A stretch of 64,000 nt of DNA from Eledone cirrhosa (lineage: Eukaryota). Location of the stretch: positions 133,424,001 to 133,488,000 of the forward strand of contig OZ024741.1 in the NCBI GenBank assembly GCA_964016885.1, given 5' to 3'. Positions 38,981-52,208 of the stretch are shown piece by piece. The stretch's first letter is position 1. Each line of letters begins with the position of its first letter. The notes beneath the pieces are model-generated. The model did not search any database. It was not told the origin of the DNA and saw only the letters and a program-made list of their open reading frames with translations. A program made the translations under genes and the position numbers.

Positions 38981-40968
38981 ATATTTTCTCACACCACATA
39001 TTCATTTTTAGGTGTAATTTTTATTAATAAAACATTTCTTGGCTTGTAATATCACATATGCTAGTAACTACTTTATTACTAAATTTTCATGCAACATGCA
39101 TCCTACAGGATTTTCCCATTTACTCAACTATTATCTATAGTCATCAACTATATATAATAGTTATCCGCATTGTAGATACTATATTTTCAAATATATGGAT
39201 GTCAAATGATGATGATGATGATGATGCCTTGCAAGGTAGTAGTGTTGGTGACACAACAAAAAGCATTCAGTCCATCCTCTAAGGTGGTAGTGCCAGGGTA
39301 GCGATAGAATGAACCCAGTACATGTCATAAAGTGGTTGGCATTAGGAAGGCCATTCAGTCATAGACACTAAACGAAACACAGAATGTACAAGCAGGACAT
39401 GGTTGCCTGACCTGTCTAACCTTTGCAAGCATGGAAAAAAGATGCTAAATGGTGATGATGATGATAATGATACACACACACACACAAATGCACATGTATG
39501 TATGTGCATGTGTGTATATATGTATGTGTGCATGTATGTACATATGTGTGTGTATGTATGTAATGTGTGTGTGTGTGTGTGCAATACATAGGTCATTATT
39601 GTTAACTTCGTAACAACAGTGGAAAGTTTTGAAATGAAGAGTATGTAAAGTTTGTTGTTAAAACTATAACTAGGTGAAGTGACGAGCACTCGTTGATGGG
39701 GCACTCGTATTGACTAACCTAACTGCTTGAGGGTTGAGACTAATGATTGGATGTGGAAGTGGAGGAGGAGGAAGCGAAAGAGGATATAGTAATCAAGTGA
39801 AGTGATACCTCTTGGTTTTCTTCTCATTCTACTTGGGTATATATGAACTGAGGTGGCAAAATGAAGAGAAGTTAATTAAAGGACTGTATATTACCCGTGG
39901 TCTGTGATATGTAGTCACTGAAAATGTTAGAAATAACATCCAAGTTTCTTTTATATCATACCATTTTTTTAGAATGTTCCTAGAAAAATAACATCCCTAA
40001 ACTTGGCTGGTCTTGCTTGGGGATCTAGCTGGATCAATTGGAGAAGGTTGTGTCTGGCAGGACTTGCTGGCAGGAGTGTTTAGGGATTCTGCCCCCATGA
40101 CCCTCTCAGGAATAATTGGGTGAAGAAGAAGAAGAAGAAGAAGAAGAAGAAGAAGAAGAAGAAGAAGACCACCACCACCAACAACAACAACAAAAACATG
40201 GTTGTCATAGCTGCAATGCTTATTGATTATAAGTCTACTTGATTAGGTCTGACCTTGGGCTAAACAACATTAGTTAGAACAACAATAAAAGCATTAAGCA
40301 AAAACAATATCTAGAGGTCGATGTTGCTATTGTTGTTGTTTAGCCCCAGGTCAACCCAGTTAAAGAAGATCTATAAATCAAAGTTATTTAAATCCCACAG
40401 ATTTTCTTTTCTGGCAGCCTATATCTAGGACAACATTGCTCAATGTGGTCCTTCACTTTTTATGACAGTTGTGTGTGATTTGAGGAAGCTTTGGCTGCCG
40501 TTTCTAGCAGGTTAAGTGACCACTTAGAAGTACCTTCATTGAAGCAATATAGAATTTTGAAGTACTCCACTCATAAGCTCAACGTAGAGTTAAGGGAGAT
40601 AACTCAAGTGGGCCAACTATGAATTTAGGCTTAAGTTAAGTGTTTATGTGTTAAATAATGTATGCAATTTTGAATTAAAAAACCCACAGAACTAAAAATT
40701 TGCCTTGTGGCAATTTTTAGTAAGTCTCAAAGAAAAGGGGAGATAATTTCAAAAATTTAGAATTAATTTCACAGAAAATTGTATTTTTTTGCTTAGGGGT
40801 AAATTTTGATTTTTGTTAGCATGTATTAAGATGTTTACTGACATATTTCAGAGTTATTAGATCTCATCAGCAGAGCATAATTTCCTTAGATCAGTGGACA
40901 AAGACTTTTACAAGTAGAAAAACAGTTAGGAATAATTTGAGTCAATTTAATTTGCAGATTTTATTTAA

Positions 40969-41189
40969 CCCTTTAGCATTTACATTACTCTACATATACT
41001 ATTGTATTTTCATGATAAACACTTTACCTCACATAATTATCTCACAAAATATTGAATCTATGAGATTTTGATATTATTTATTTTGAGAACAATACCTTAA
41101 CATAAGTATGAGCAGCCAATTACACCTGGTTTAAACAGATAGAGGTGAGAGAATTCTGGCCAGATACAGCTGGTTTAAATGCTAAAGGG
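40969..41189. mobile_element. piggyBac-like MITE
   Basis: TTAA|CCCTTTAGCATTTA...TAAATGCTAAAGGG|TTAA. Confidence 0.85.
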
Positions 41190-41869
41190 TTAAAAATGAT
41201 CTAAAGGAAATAACTTAAATGGGCCAATGGTAAAGATTAAAATAATCCAGGTAAATAATTGTTTCTACTTTTGGCACAAGGCCAGCAATTACCCAGTACA
41301 TTACTGGTACTTTATTTTATCGACCCCGTAAGGATGAAAAGCAAAGTTAACCTCGGTGGGATTTGAACTCAGATAGTAAAGGGACGTAACAATGCTGGAA
41401 AGTATGTCTGACCCTCTACCAATACTGCCAATTCACTGCAGGTAAATAATGTATGCAAAATATTCTCAGTAGATTGAATTTTGCCTCTCAATTGGAGAAA
41501 GAAAGCAACAACCTAACAACAATTGGAGAAAGAAAGCAACAACCTAACAACAATTGTTAGTGACTTACAAGGTAAAAAGGAAATAATCAAGAATTAATTT
41601 AACAGAAAATTTAATGTTCATGCTTTTTCTTTTCTCTCTTTCTCACACTCTGTCAGCTATAATAATAATAATAATAATTGTTTCTGCTTTTGGCACAAGG
41701 CCAGCAATTATCCCAGTGCATTACTGGTACTTTATTTTATCGACCCCCTAAAGATGAAAGGCAAAGTTAACCTCGGCGGGATTTGAACTCAAATTGTAAA
41801 GGACCGTAAATCTATGCTTCAAAGCATGGTGTCCGACCCTCTACCGATACTGCCAATCCAATGCCTTAA

Positions 41870-43480
41870 ATAATAATAATAATAATAATGAAAATTATTA
41901 TGTACAGTCTCAGGTGCACTACAACTCATCAAAACACCAAAAGTGCATCTATAGTACATAGAATAATGTACAAAAGTCAGGAAAGTGCACAGTGTATGAG
42001 TCATGATACACACATTCACCACACACATACACCATATACACACACACATGCCACACACACACACATACAGGTGTGTGTGCATGTGTATGGTGGGGATATC
42101 AGGTGTAGTGTTGGCAAATTTCATGAAGCATGGATGTTTTGAAGGATGAGTGTCCTTACAGATAACAACTGATGCAGGTAGTTTGTTCCATGCTTCAGCA
42201 ACTCTGAGTTTGAAAAAATGTTCTGAGAGTCATGGGAGCTGTACTGTTTTCTGATTTTTTAAGCATGTCCACGGGTGTTAGACACATGTAAATCAAAAAG
42301 GTACTCAGGGTTGTTGTTGGCAAGATGGTTAATAATCTTGTGGGTGTCTACCAAGTTAGTTACCAGATATCAGAACTTTAATGTATTCATGACCAGAGTA
42401 TGGTAGATGCCTGATGGAGGGTATTCGTTTGGTTGAACGTTTCTGAACAGTTTCCAGGAGAACAATATTCTGAGCAAGATAGGAGTTCCAGTCTGGTGAT
42501 GCAAATTCTAAGTGTAGATGCACCATAGCTATCACCATCATCATCATCGTTTAATCTTCCACATTAATCTTCCACGCTAGCATGGGTTTACAGTTTTAAA
42601 TAGATAGCTGGAGTGCGGCTAACAAAGGTCTTACTGAGTGATACTAAGAGACCCTCGGCCTTCTTGACAATTTTAGAAATGTGTTTTGTCTAATGCAAAT
42701 CGCTGTTGACAATAATGTTCAATTCATGTTCACAAGAAGACTTCTCGATATTGGTGTTGCAGAGGAGTATGTGGAAGCTGGGTTTTTCCTCTCAAAATGC
42801 ATGGTGGTACACTTGTCCACAGCCAGTTTCAGTTGCCAGTCCATAATCCATTGCTGTGTTGTATCCAGGTCTGAATACAGGAAAGATCTATAGTGTACAG
42901 GATCTATCCTTTTTATCTCAAACTACAGTTTGATATCATCTGTATATTTTAACACTGTGACATTCTTCAAATTGGTTACTATGTCATTAATATATACAAC
43001 AAACAAAAGGGTATCAAGAATAGATCCTTGTGATACACCAGATGCCATCACATATGGCGAAGAATGTTGTCCTAGAACCATGACTACCTTTTTTCGACTT
43101 AGAATGAAGGACTTCAACCAGTTATAAAGATCATCTTTCACACCCATGCAGAGAGCTTTGCCATAATTCTTTTGTGTGGCACAGAATTAAAAGCTTTAGC
43201 AAAGTCAAGAAAAATAGCATCCACTCATGAGCACCATCAGTGATTCGGGTAATGTCTTCAAGAAATTCGATGAGTTGGCCACACCAGCTGAGTTAGAGAT
43301 AAATCAAAATTGCGAGGCCTGGATATGGCTGCGAGAGTTCTAGAGTGTTTCTCTGACACAGGACTCCATCAGTTTGGCAATGCAGCTAGTAAGACTGACT
43401 GGACGATAGTTGATAGGTGACGTGTGATCACCTTTTTTGAACAGAGGAATGACACTGGTCTGGGGTAACACAGTTGTTAA
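41870..43480 (-). mobile_element. CR1-clade LINE RT fragment to 3' tail, degenerate
   Basis: VIPLFKKGDHTSPINYRPVSLTSCIAKLME, SGVSQGSILDTLLFVVYINDI, KYTDDIKL, LLETVQKRSTKRIP. Confidence 0.9.
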
Positions 43481-43753
43481 GGCAGAATTGGAAGAAGAGT
43501 GAAAGCTGGTGCAGAAGAAATAACCCATCGTGTTTGAGAAGCAGGTACGTAACACCACCAAGATCAGGAGAGGCATAGCTGCGCTTATTCTAGGATGAAG
43601 CAGATCTATGATCATTCCAACCTTGACCAACCTGACTTTTATGACAGTGTATTGGGGACTTCATAACCCAATGTATCCTTCATTGTTTTAGTTAGTAGGT
43701 CCATACAAGTATAATTTAATGATTTGGCTGCTAGTTTGCAAAATCTTCAACAA

Positions 43754-43940
43754 TAATTGTTTCTACTTTTGGCACAAGGCCAGCAATTACAGTGCATTAC
43801 TGGTACTTTATTTTATCGACCCCGTAAGGGTGAAAGGCAAAGTTAACCTCGGCGGGATTTGAACTCAGACCGTAAGAGGACGTAACTATGCTGGAAAGCA
43901 TGACGTCCGACCCTCTACCGATACTGCCAATTCACCGCCC
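43754..43940 (-). mobile_element. Complete tRNA-derived SINE copy just upstream of the BBS5-like start codon
   Basis: Minus strand GGGCGGTGAATTGGCAGTATCGGTAG (A-box-like)...GAGTTCAAATCCCGCC (B-box). Confidence 0.8.
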
Positions 43941-44140
43941 TTCAATAAGGCTTCAACAATAATATCCCTACTCTCATTAGCACCACTACAACTCCCTTCT
44001 CTCGTTGGTTTGTTGGAAGGAAAATGTTTATTATGGATATATGTACGTAGGGGAACTAGTTCTCACTGCACACCGTTTCTATAACAACATTTACACATAC
44101 ACACATATACACACAAATAAATAAAGAAAAAAGTAATAAA

Positions 44141-44196
44141 ATGCCAATATCATCAGTTTGGCAGCACAGAGAAATAAGATTCGATTTACCATCGCG
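44141..44196 (+). CDS. BBS5: BBS5-like coding exon 1 (MPISSVWQHREIRFDLPS-R)
   Basis: ATG; matches BBS5 N-terminal W.DR.VRFD motif; donor CG|GTAAGT, phase 2. Confidence 0.85.
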
Positions 44197-45218
44197 GTAA
44201 GTAAATGTTGACATGTTATAATTTATTCAAAGAACGGAGATTTTTTTCCTCTTTTTTAAAAAAAATTTTGTTGTTATTGAAGTGTCCTTACGTTGTCGAT
44301 AAAATAAAGCACCAGTAATGTACTGGAGTCAATTTAATTAACTTTCCCCTCTCCTAAAATTGTTGGCCTTGTGCCTAAATTAGACTGAGTTCAAATCCCG
44401 CCGAGGTTAACTTTGCCTTTCATTCTTACAGGGTCGATAAAATAAAGTACCAGTAATACACTGAGTAATTGCTGGCCTTGTGCCAAAAGTAGAAACAATT
44501 ATTAGATAATAAAAAGGTCGATGGATTGGCAGAATCGGTAGAGCGTCGGACGAAATACTTTGCGAGCCTTTCCGATCTGAGTTCAAATCTCACCAAGATC
44601 AGCTTTGCCTTTCATCCTTGCATGGTCGATAAAATAAAGTACCGGTAACGCACCGGGGTCAATTTGGTCGACTTTTTCCTCCCCCCAAATTGTTGGCCTT
44701 GCGCCTAAATCAGAAACGCCTTTCATCTTTACGGGGTCGATAAAATAAAGTACCAGTAATGCACTGGTTAATTGCTGGCCTTATGCCAAAAATAGAAACA
44801 ATTATTAGATGATAAGGAAACGTGATGGATTGGCAGAATCGTAGAGCGTTGGACAAAATGCTTTGCTGCATTTAGGTACGGTCCATATGTTCTGTGTTCA
44901 AATCTCGCCAAAATCAATTTTGCCTTTCATCCTTTTGCAGTCAATAAGATAAAAGTACCAGACAAGTATTGGGGCCAATTTAATCGAGTTTTCTTCTCCC
45001 CCCAAATTACTGGTCTTGTGCCTAAATTAGACACAATAGGGTTATTATCGAACAGAGTTAAAGCTTTCTTTTATGTGTTTGTTCTAAAGTGATTTGACTG
45101 TTGAGGAACACGAAAGGAGACCTCTGCTAGCTCATTCATACCAACTGGTTTACTTTTTCTACAACCACTCGTGTTTCTCTCTTTTTTTAACCCTTAACCT
45201 TTGTTGAAGTCATTTTGG

Positions 45219-46770
45219 AGAAGGCCTTTGACAAGAGTCCCATGCACCTTAATCTGGTGGGCTCTTAGAAAACTAGGAGTAGATGAATGGCTTGTGAGAG
45301 CTATACAAGCCATGTATAGAGGAACAGTCAGCAAGGTTAGAATTAACAATGAATATAGTGAAGAATTTAGCGTAATAGTAGGGGTTCACCAGGGCTCCGT
45401 CCTTAGCCCCCTCCTGTTTATTATTGTCCTAGAGGCAATAACAGAGGGGTTTAAGACTGGCTGCCCATGGGAACTTCTATATGTAGATGAACTAACTCTC
45501 ATAGCTGAATCCATGGCTGAACTAGAGAAGAAGTTCCAAACATGGAAGCATGGCCTTGAATCAAAAGGCCTTAGAGTCAACTTGTCTAAGACTAAAGTTC
45601 TAGTATGTAGAAAGGAAAATAGGGCACAGGTGCCCTCTGGGAAATGGCCATGCTCAGTGTGTAAGAAAGGAGTAGGTAGAAACTCCATTCTATGCCCCAA
45701 ATGCAAACTAGGGGTACATAAAAGATGTAGTGGGGTAACAGGTAAGCTATCTAAGAATGTAGATTTTATATGTGGCCGATGCTCAGGTGCAGTAAGTAGC
45801 AAAGACTCACTGGATGCTATCTCCTTCAACTGCCCAGATGGTTCTATAGAAATAGAAAGACACTTTCCGTTACCTGGGTGACAGAATCAGCAGTGGAGGA
45901 GGGATGCTCTGAATGTGTAGTAGCCAGAGTTAGAATGGGATGGAAAAAGTTCAGAGAGCTAATACCGCTGTTGGCCACAAGGGGTTTTTCTCTAAAAGTG
46001 AAGGTCAGATTGTATGATGCTTGTATACGAAGGCGATATTACATGGTAGTGAAACCTGGGGGTTGTGTGCTGAAGACTTGCATAGATTAGAAAGAAATGA
46101 AGCTTGCATGCTCCGATGGATGTGTAATAGTAATATGCGCGAACGGTGAAGCATAAACGAATTAAGAGAGAGACTAAACATAAGAGGTATCAAATGTTGT
46201 GTTCTGGAGAGGAGATTGCATTGGTATGGCCATATGATGCGTATGAGGGATGACAGCTGTATAAAAAAGTACAGGGCAATGAAAATTGATGGAAGCTACG
46301 GAGTCGGTAGACCAAGAAAAACCTGGGACGAGGTGATAAAAACTGACCTTGCTCACTTACACCTCTCTAAGACAATGTCATTGGATCGAGATCTTTGGCG
46401 CCATGCAGTTATACAGAAGACCCACCTTCCCTTACATACAAACCTACAGTCAGTAGGCACTGAATATACACCACACCCCACACCCTACCCCATCCTCCCA
46501 TTTCCGTCCACTGTGTCGATGACAACAAAAAGCATCCAGTCCACTGTAAGATGGTCGTGTAGGAGACATGGTAAAAAGGCTCCCAGTCCAGTCCACATGT
46601 AAAGGTGGTTGGTGTTAGGAAGGGCATCCAGCCGTAGAAAACCTGCCAGAGACACTTCCGTACGAGCGAGACACGGTTTCCCAACCATTCCCGCATCAAA
46701 TGGAAGAAAACCGTCTAACCCATGCTAGCGTGGAATATAGATGTTAAACAATGATAATGATGATGATGAT
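45219..46770 (+). mobile_element. 5'-truncated RTE LINE (PHD-finger family) in BBS5-like intron 1
   Basis: ORFs 45201-45881, 45878-46090, 46216-46602; (GAT)n tail. Confidence 0.9.
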
Positions 46771-46786
46771 ATATATATATATATAT

Positions 46787-47168
46787 GGAGGCACATGGCT
46801 TAGTGGTTAGAGCATTGGCCTTGCAATCGAAAGGTTGTGTGTTCAATTCTCAGACCGGGTGATGTGTTGTTTCCTTGAGCAAGACACTTTATTTCACATT
46901 GCTCCAGTTTACTCAGCTGTAGAAATGAGATGATAGGACTGGGGTCCCTATCATTCTACTGCAAAGTGGTCGTAGAGGTGCCATGGCAAAAAAAGCACCC
47001 AGCCCACACTGTAAAGTGGACGTGTAGGTGTCACGGAAAAAAAAGCACCCAGCACTCACTGTAAATGAGGTTGGTGTTAGGAAGGGCATCCAGCTGTAGA
47101 AATCAAGCCAGAATCAGTTCACGCCCCACCCTTTTTGTTGCAAAGCGGACGTAAAATGATGATGATGA
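46787..47168 (+). mobile_element. tRNA/CORE-like SINE with RTE tail
   Basis: Near-identical to 9998-10375. Confidence 0.85.
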
Positions 47169-47378
47169 TATAGTGTATGTGATTCACTGAATTACTAGTG
47201 GTGGTACAAAAGTAAGCACTTGATGTACAGACAGAGTGTATCATCATCATCATCATCATCGTTTAACGTCTATCTTCCACACTGTGTATATATTAATGAA
47301 GTTGCATTTATATGTAGTTAATTTTTCTATTGTGAATCAACATGTTACACATGTTTCGCAGAGGATGGGCTCAAGGTC

Positions 47379-47470
47379 ACCTGTCTGACGAGCAGATCAA
47401 TAACGAGGCCGGGTTCATAATTTCTATGGGTGACCTTGAAACAATCCTCTGCGAAATGCGCATAAAAGGT
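47379..47470 (+). ncRNA. Type-I hammerhead motif with large loop II, plus diverged inverted partial copy ~47300-47380
   Basis: acctgt CTGACGA gcaga...tctgc GAAA TGCGCA TA aaaggt. Confidence 0.6.
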
Positions 47471-47517
47471 CGATATGCAATAAAAGACTAACTACATGTA
47501 AAAAAATTCACCGTTTT

Positions 47518-47548
<31 letters not shown>

Positions 47549-47552
<4 letters not shown>

Positions 47553-49597
47553 AGACAGTCTCCCCCACATCGACTCAATAGAGGGACCAGCAGTGCAACT
47601 TGAAGGTAGTATAATAAGTAAGACGATCAAAGACATGAAGACGGGCAAGGCAGCCGGGCCTTCCGAAATAGTTGCTGAAATGCTGAAAGCATCTGGAACG
47701 GTGGGACACACTATGGTCACTCGGATAGTAAACCAAGTCATACAGAATGAGGTCGTTCCGAAGGACTGGCGCAGCAGCATCATCATTAACTGCTACAAGG
47801 GTAAAGGTGATGCCCTAGATAGGGGAAACTATAGAGGCATTAAATTAATTGACCAGGTCATGAAGGTCACAGAAAAAGTAATAGCGCAACTAAAGGTAAA
47901 GGTACCACAGACGTTCTTTTCCTTGTACGTCAACTACAGAAGAAGTACCTAGCTAAAAGTAAACCCCTATACTTAGCCTTTGTTGACTTGGAGAAAGCCT
48001 TTGACAGAGTACCCCGCTCGATTATCTGGTGGGCCCTTAGAAAACTAGGTGTTGATGAATGGCTTGTGAGAGCTATACAAGCCATGTATAAAGAAAGAGT
48101 CAGCAAGGTTAGAATTAACAACGAATATAGTGAAGAGTTTAGCGTAAAAGTTGGTGTTCATCAGGGCTCCGTCCTTAGCCCCCTACTATTTATGATTGCC
48201 CTTCAGGCTATAACAGAGGAGTTCAAGACCGGCTGCCCATGGGAACTCCTATATGCAGATGATCTAACGCTCATAGCTGAATCAATGGCGGAACTAGAGA
48301 AGAAATTCCAAACATGGAAGCATGGCCTAGAATCAAAAGGCCTTAAAGTTAACTTGTTTAAGACTAAATTTCTAGTTTGTAGGAAGGAAAATAGGGCACA
48401 GGTCCCATCTGGGAAATGGCCATGCTCAGTGTGTAGGAAAGGAGTAGGCAGAAACTCCATTTTATGTCACAAATGCAAAGTATGGGCGCATAAAAGATGT
48501 AGTGGGATCATAGGTAAGCTAACTAAGAATATAGATTTTATATGTGGCCGGTGCTCTGGAGCAATAAGTAGCAGCAAGTGCCCACAGAATACTAGCTCAT
48601 TCCATTGCACAGATGGTTCTATAGAAATAGTGGACAGCTTCCATTACCTGGGTGACAAAATCAGCAGTGGGGGAGGGATGCTCTGAAAGTACAGTAGCTA
48701 GAGTCAGAACGGGATGGAAAAAGTTCAGAGAGCTTATACCACTATTGGCCGCTAAAGGGTTCTCTCTAAAAATGAAAGGCAGACTGTATGATGCCTGCAT
48801 ACGAACAGCAATGTTACATGGCAGTGAGACCTGGGCATTGTGTGCAGAGGATATACGCAGACTGGAGAGAAACGTAGCTTGCATGCTCCGCTGGATATGT
48901 AATAGTAATATACGTAAACGGCAAAGCATAAACGAACTAAGGGAGAAATTAGGAATAAGAGGGATCAGATGTTGTTTACTTGAGAGAAGACTACGTTGGT
49001 ACGGTCACGTGATGCGCATGAAAGACGACAGCTGTATAAAAAAGTGCAGGGCGATAAAAATAGGCGGTAGCCACGGAGTAGGCAGACCCAGAAAAACCTG
49101 GGACGCCTTGATAAATTCCGACCTCACACACTTACACCTCTCCAAGACAATGTCACTGGACCAAGATCTTTGGCGCTACACAGTTATACAGAAGACCCGC
49201 CTTGCCTAAGTACAAAGCGAAACCTACAGTCAGTAGGCACCTCTAAAATAAATACACCCCCGTCCTACTACCCCCACCCCATCCACACCACCCCCTTAAA
49301 TGTGAAGTTATGTTGGTACCACAATATCCAGTCCGAAATAAATGAGATAATGAGATCAAGATCGTGTAGGTGTCACGAGAAAAAAAAACACAGTCCACGC
49401 TGTAATGTGGCCATGTAGGTAACACGGTAAAAACCTCCCAGTCCACACTGTAAATGTGGTTGGTGTTAGGAAGGGCATCCAGCCGTAGAAAACCCGCCAG
49501 ACAGTCCTGAGCAAGACAACCAATCTTGCCTCAAGTGGGACAATTCTCGTCCAGACCCATGCTAGCGTGGAAAATGGACGTTAAACGATGATGATGA
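47549..49597 (+). mobile_element. 5'-truncated RTE LINE (PHD-finger family) with complete 3' UTR
   Basis: ORFs 47593-47952, 47988-48686, 48652-49209; YADD; ends GGACGTTAAACGATGATGATG. Confidence 0.92.
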
Positions 49598-49637
49598 TAT
49601 ATCTATATATATATAAATATGTATGTATGTATATATA

Positions 49638-51484
49638 CAGTGGCGTAGCTAGGGTGTGGCAAGCAGGGCACATGCCACAGGTGCCATATTTAGGGGGGTG
49701 CAATTTCGACCTAGATCGATTTACATCCATATCGTTTTTATCATTTTTAAAAATATAAGCCAAAAATGAAGCATGTGATTTCTTGATAGCCGACTTCCAT
49801 GCCATGTCTAGTGCACTAGACAGAGCAGATGTCTGATTTGACTTCACAAAAACGCCACCCCCTCCCCCTTCCACACTGGCAGCAAGGTGGGTTGCAATTA
49901 TGCGGGCGCTATTTTTAGTTATACATTGCAAAACAGCGGATACCTCACTTGACCCCGCCCCCCCCCCCCCCACACACACACTGACTGAAAGGATGTAGTT
50001 TTGGACGTGCAACCGGTGGACACGCAGGCGCTATTTTTAGCAATGCATTACAAGATAATTATAATTATGAAGCTGATTTACAAAACAGAGTAGTTTGTCT
50101 TTTACAACTGGTACATAAGACGTATAGAAAAGGTACCATAATCCAAATGGCCAGATAGGATCGGATAGCTTCTATTAGGAATTCAATTTGACTCCAGTTT
50201 AGATGGTTCAATGTTTTCTTCTATAATACAGTTCGTCAGAATTTACTAAATCGTATCCAAAAAGCAAGATACTATGGTCTGCTGATTGATTCGACCCCTG
50301 ACCAGGCGCACCGAGAACAACTGTCAAAAGCTGTGCGATATGTCGATGTTGATTTCAATATGAAGACGGTCGTTGTGAGGGAATCTTTTCTTGGATTCAT
50401 TTAAGTAATAAAAAAAGATGCCGCAAACCTTGTTGAAACAATTGTGAAAGAGCTAGAAAAAGATGACCTACCACTGCAGAACTGTCGATTCTAGTGCTAC
50501 GACAATGCTGCCATAATGGCTGGGCACTGCAGTGGGGTTCAGCAGAGAATGAGAGAGAAGAAGAATTTGATTCACTTCGTTAATTGCGATAACCATTCAC
50601 TTAATCTGGCTGGTCTTCATGCAGCCAAAAACGATTCTGCTATGATGAACTTTTTCAGTTGCATTGACTCGTTATACAACTTTTTTTCTCGTTCAACACG
50701 ACAATGGGAAGCCCTTAAAGAAGTTGCTCCAGTGATTGTTAAATATCCTTCCGACACGCGGTGGAGTGCTAGATGTACCGCAGTCAGACCGGTGGCGAAT
50801 TATTTGACGCTGATTGTTCAAGTTCTCAAAAAAATTAGTGATGATGAAACAGAGACATGCGAGAGTAGAAGTGATGCCAGTAATCTCCATAATCGGATAC
50901 TGAGTTATGAATTCCTGAACTTGATTGGATTCTGGAACACGATTCTCTCACGAATTGACCGGGTTCAAAAGAGACTTCATGATCCAAGAATGAATTTTCA
51001 CGATGCTGCAGCTGATATAGAAGCCTTTCAACTTTATTTTAAAGAAGAAAGAACATCCTTAATCCACGAGTCTCTTGAAATGGGCTTCGACCTCTGCCAG
51101 AAAAGGAATGTCGATTTTCCGAGGAGGCGAGGAAGACGACAAACCAATACCGAAATTACTGAGGACATCGAGGTGGCTGCCAGAAAAGAGATAGAGAGAG
51201 CAGTGCAAAGTTCACTCAATCGTCTTCAAACAGAAATGGAAGAACGGTTTATTCGACTAAAGGAAACCAACTCAAGTTTTGACTTTCTTCTTGATGTCAA
51301 CTATCTGTTTTATTTGGCTGCTCCTGATAACCTTATCCTTAAACAAAGGTGCAACAGTCTTGCGGAACTATACAACTCCGACATCGACGGAGAGCAATTG
51401 TATGAGGAAATCTTGGACTGCCGATCTTTGCTGGCTACTAGGACAGCTGACCCAATTTTAAAGCCGTTTACCCTAGCTATGCCA

Positions 51485-51487
<3 letters not shown>
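49638..51487 (+). mobile_element. hAT (Tip100/ZMYM1-like) DNA transposon, internally deleted
   Basis: 18-bp TIRs CAGTGGCGTAGCTAGGGT / ACCCTAGCTATGCCACTG, 8-bp TATATATA flanks; transposase motifs DSTPD, YDNAAIMAG, CDNHSLNL, SDTRWSAR; stops upstream of 50516 and no C-terminal dimerisation domain. Confidence 0.9.
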
Positions 51488-51542
<55 letters not shown>

Positions 51543-51550
<8 letters not shown>

Positions 51551-52208
51551 ATAAGTTAACGGAGCCATAGACTCTCGCTATTCCCTGTCAGTATTTTGCT
51601 CAAAGGAGAAGGAGTCCCGAGCCCATTATAATACAATATGTTGAAAAGATAACACACCAGAGAGAGAGATAGTGCGGCATCAATCAGACAGGGAAAAACC
51701 ACCAGTGTATGGGATCTATAGCCCATGGAAGGCAGAGTAGACACACAATAATTAAAAGTATAAATTAAAGCGTGAATACATACCTCGATAACTATCTAAC
51801 ACACACGTACAAATCCAAAAAGATTGTTTCGCCAAATAAGTTGTTGACAGAAAGGATTAGCCCATGGTTCATCAGCGTGTGTAAGGCTATACATTTCAGA
51901 CAACTCTAACAGAAACTAAAGCAACCGTCCAGCCACACGTGGGAGAGAGAATTCACAGCGTGCCTAGGGCAGTAACCAGTGGACTCTGAGGGACGAGCTG
52001 CTAGAAAGGGCAGCCCAAGCCACACAGAAGTGTGCTCAACCAAACAGAGAGAGGAAAGACTGTTATAAGGAGCGAAATATCACGATAAGTTAACGGAGCC
52101 ATAGACTCTCGCTATTCCCTGTCAGTATTTTGCTCAAAGGAGAAGGAGTCCCGAGCCCATTATAATACAATATGTTGAAAAGATAACACACCAGAGAGAG
52201 AGATAGTG
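51543..52208 (-). mobile_element. Non-coding retrozyme-like unit: 534-bp period with identical 132-bp terminal direct repeats
   Basis: 51543-51674 = 52077-52208; contains a hammerhead at 51801-51882. Confidence 0.7.
51801..51882 (-). ncRNA. Type-I hammerhead ribozyme motif
   Basis: Minus strand acacacg CTGATGA acca...tggc GAAA caatc-tttttg-gatttg TA cgtgtgt; 7-bp perfect stem I, GUA cleavage triplet. Confidence 0.7.

Noticed and set aside
40835-40877. Minus-strand hammerhead-like motif
   Set aside because: Needs several substitutions in core and stems; too degenerate to call
43860-43940. tRNA gene-like A/B boxes
   Set aside because: Head of a multi-copy SINE; no complete cloverleaf
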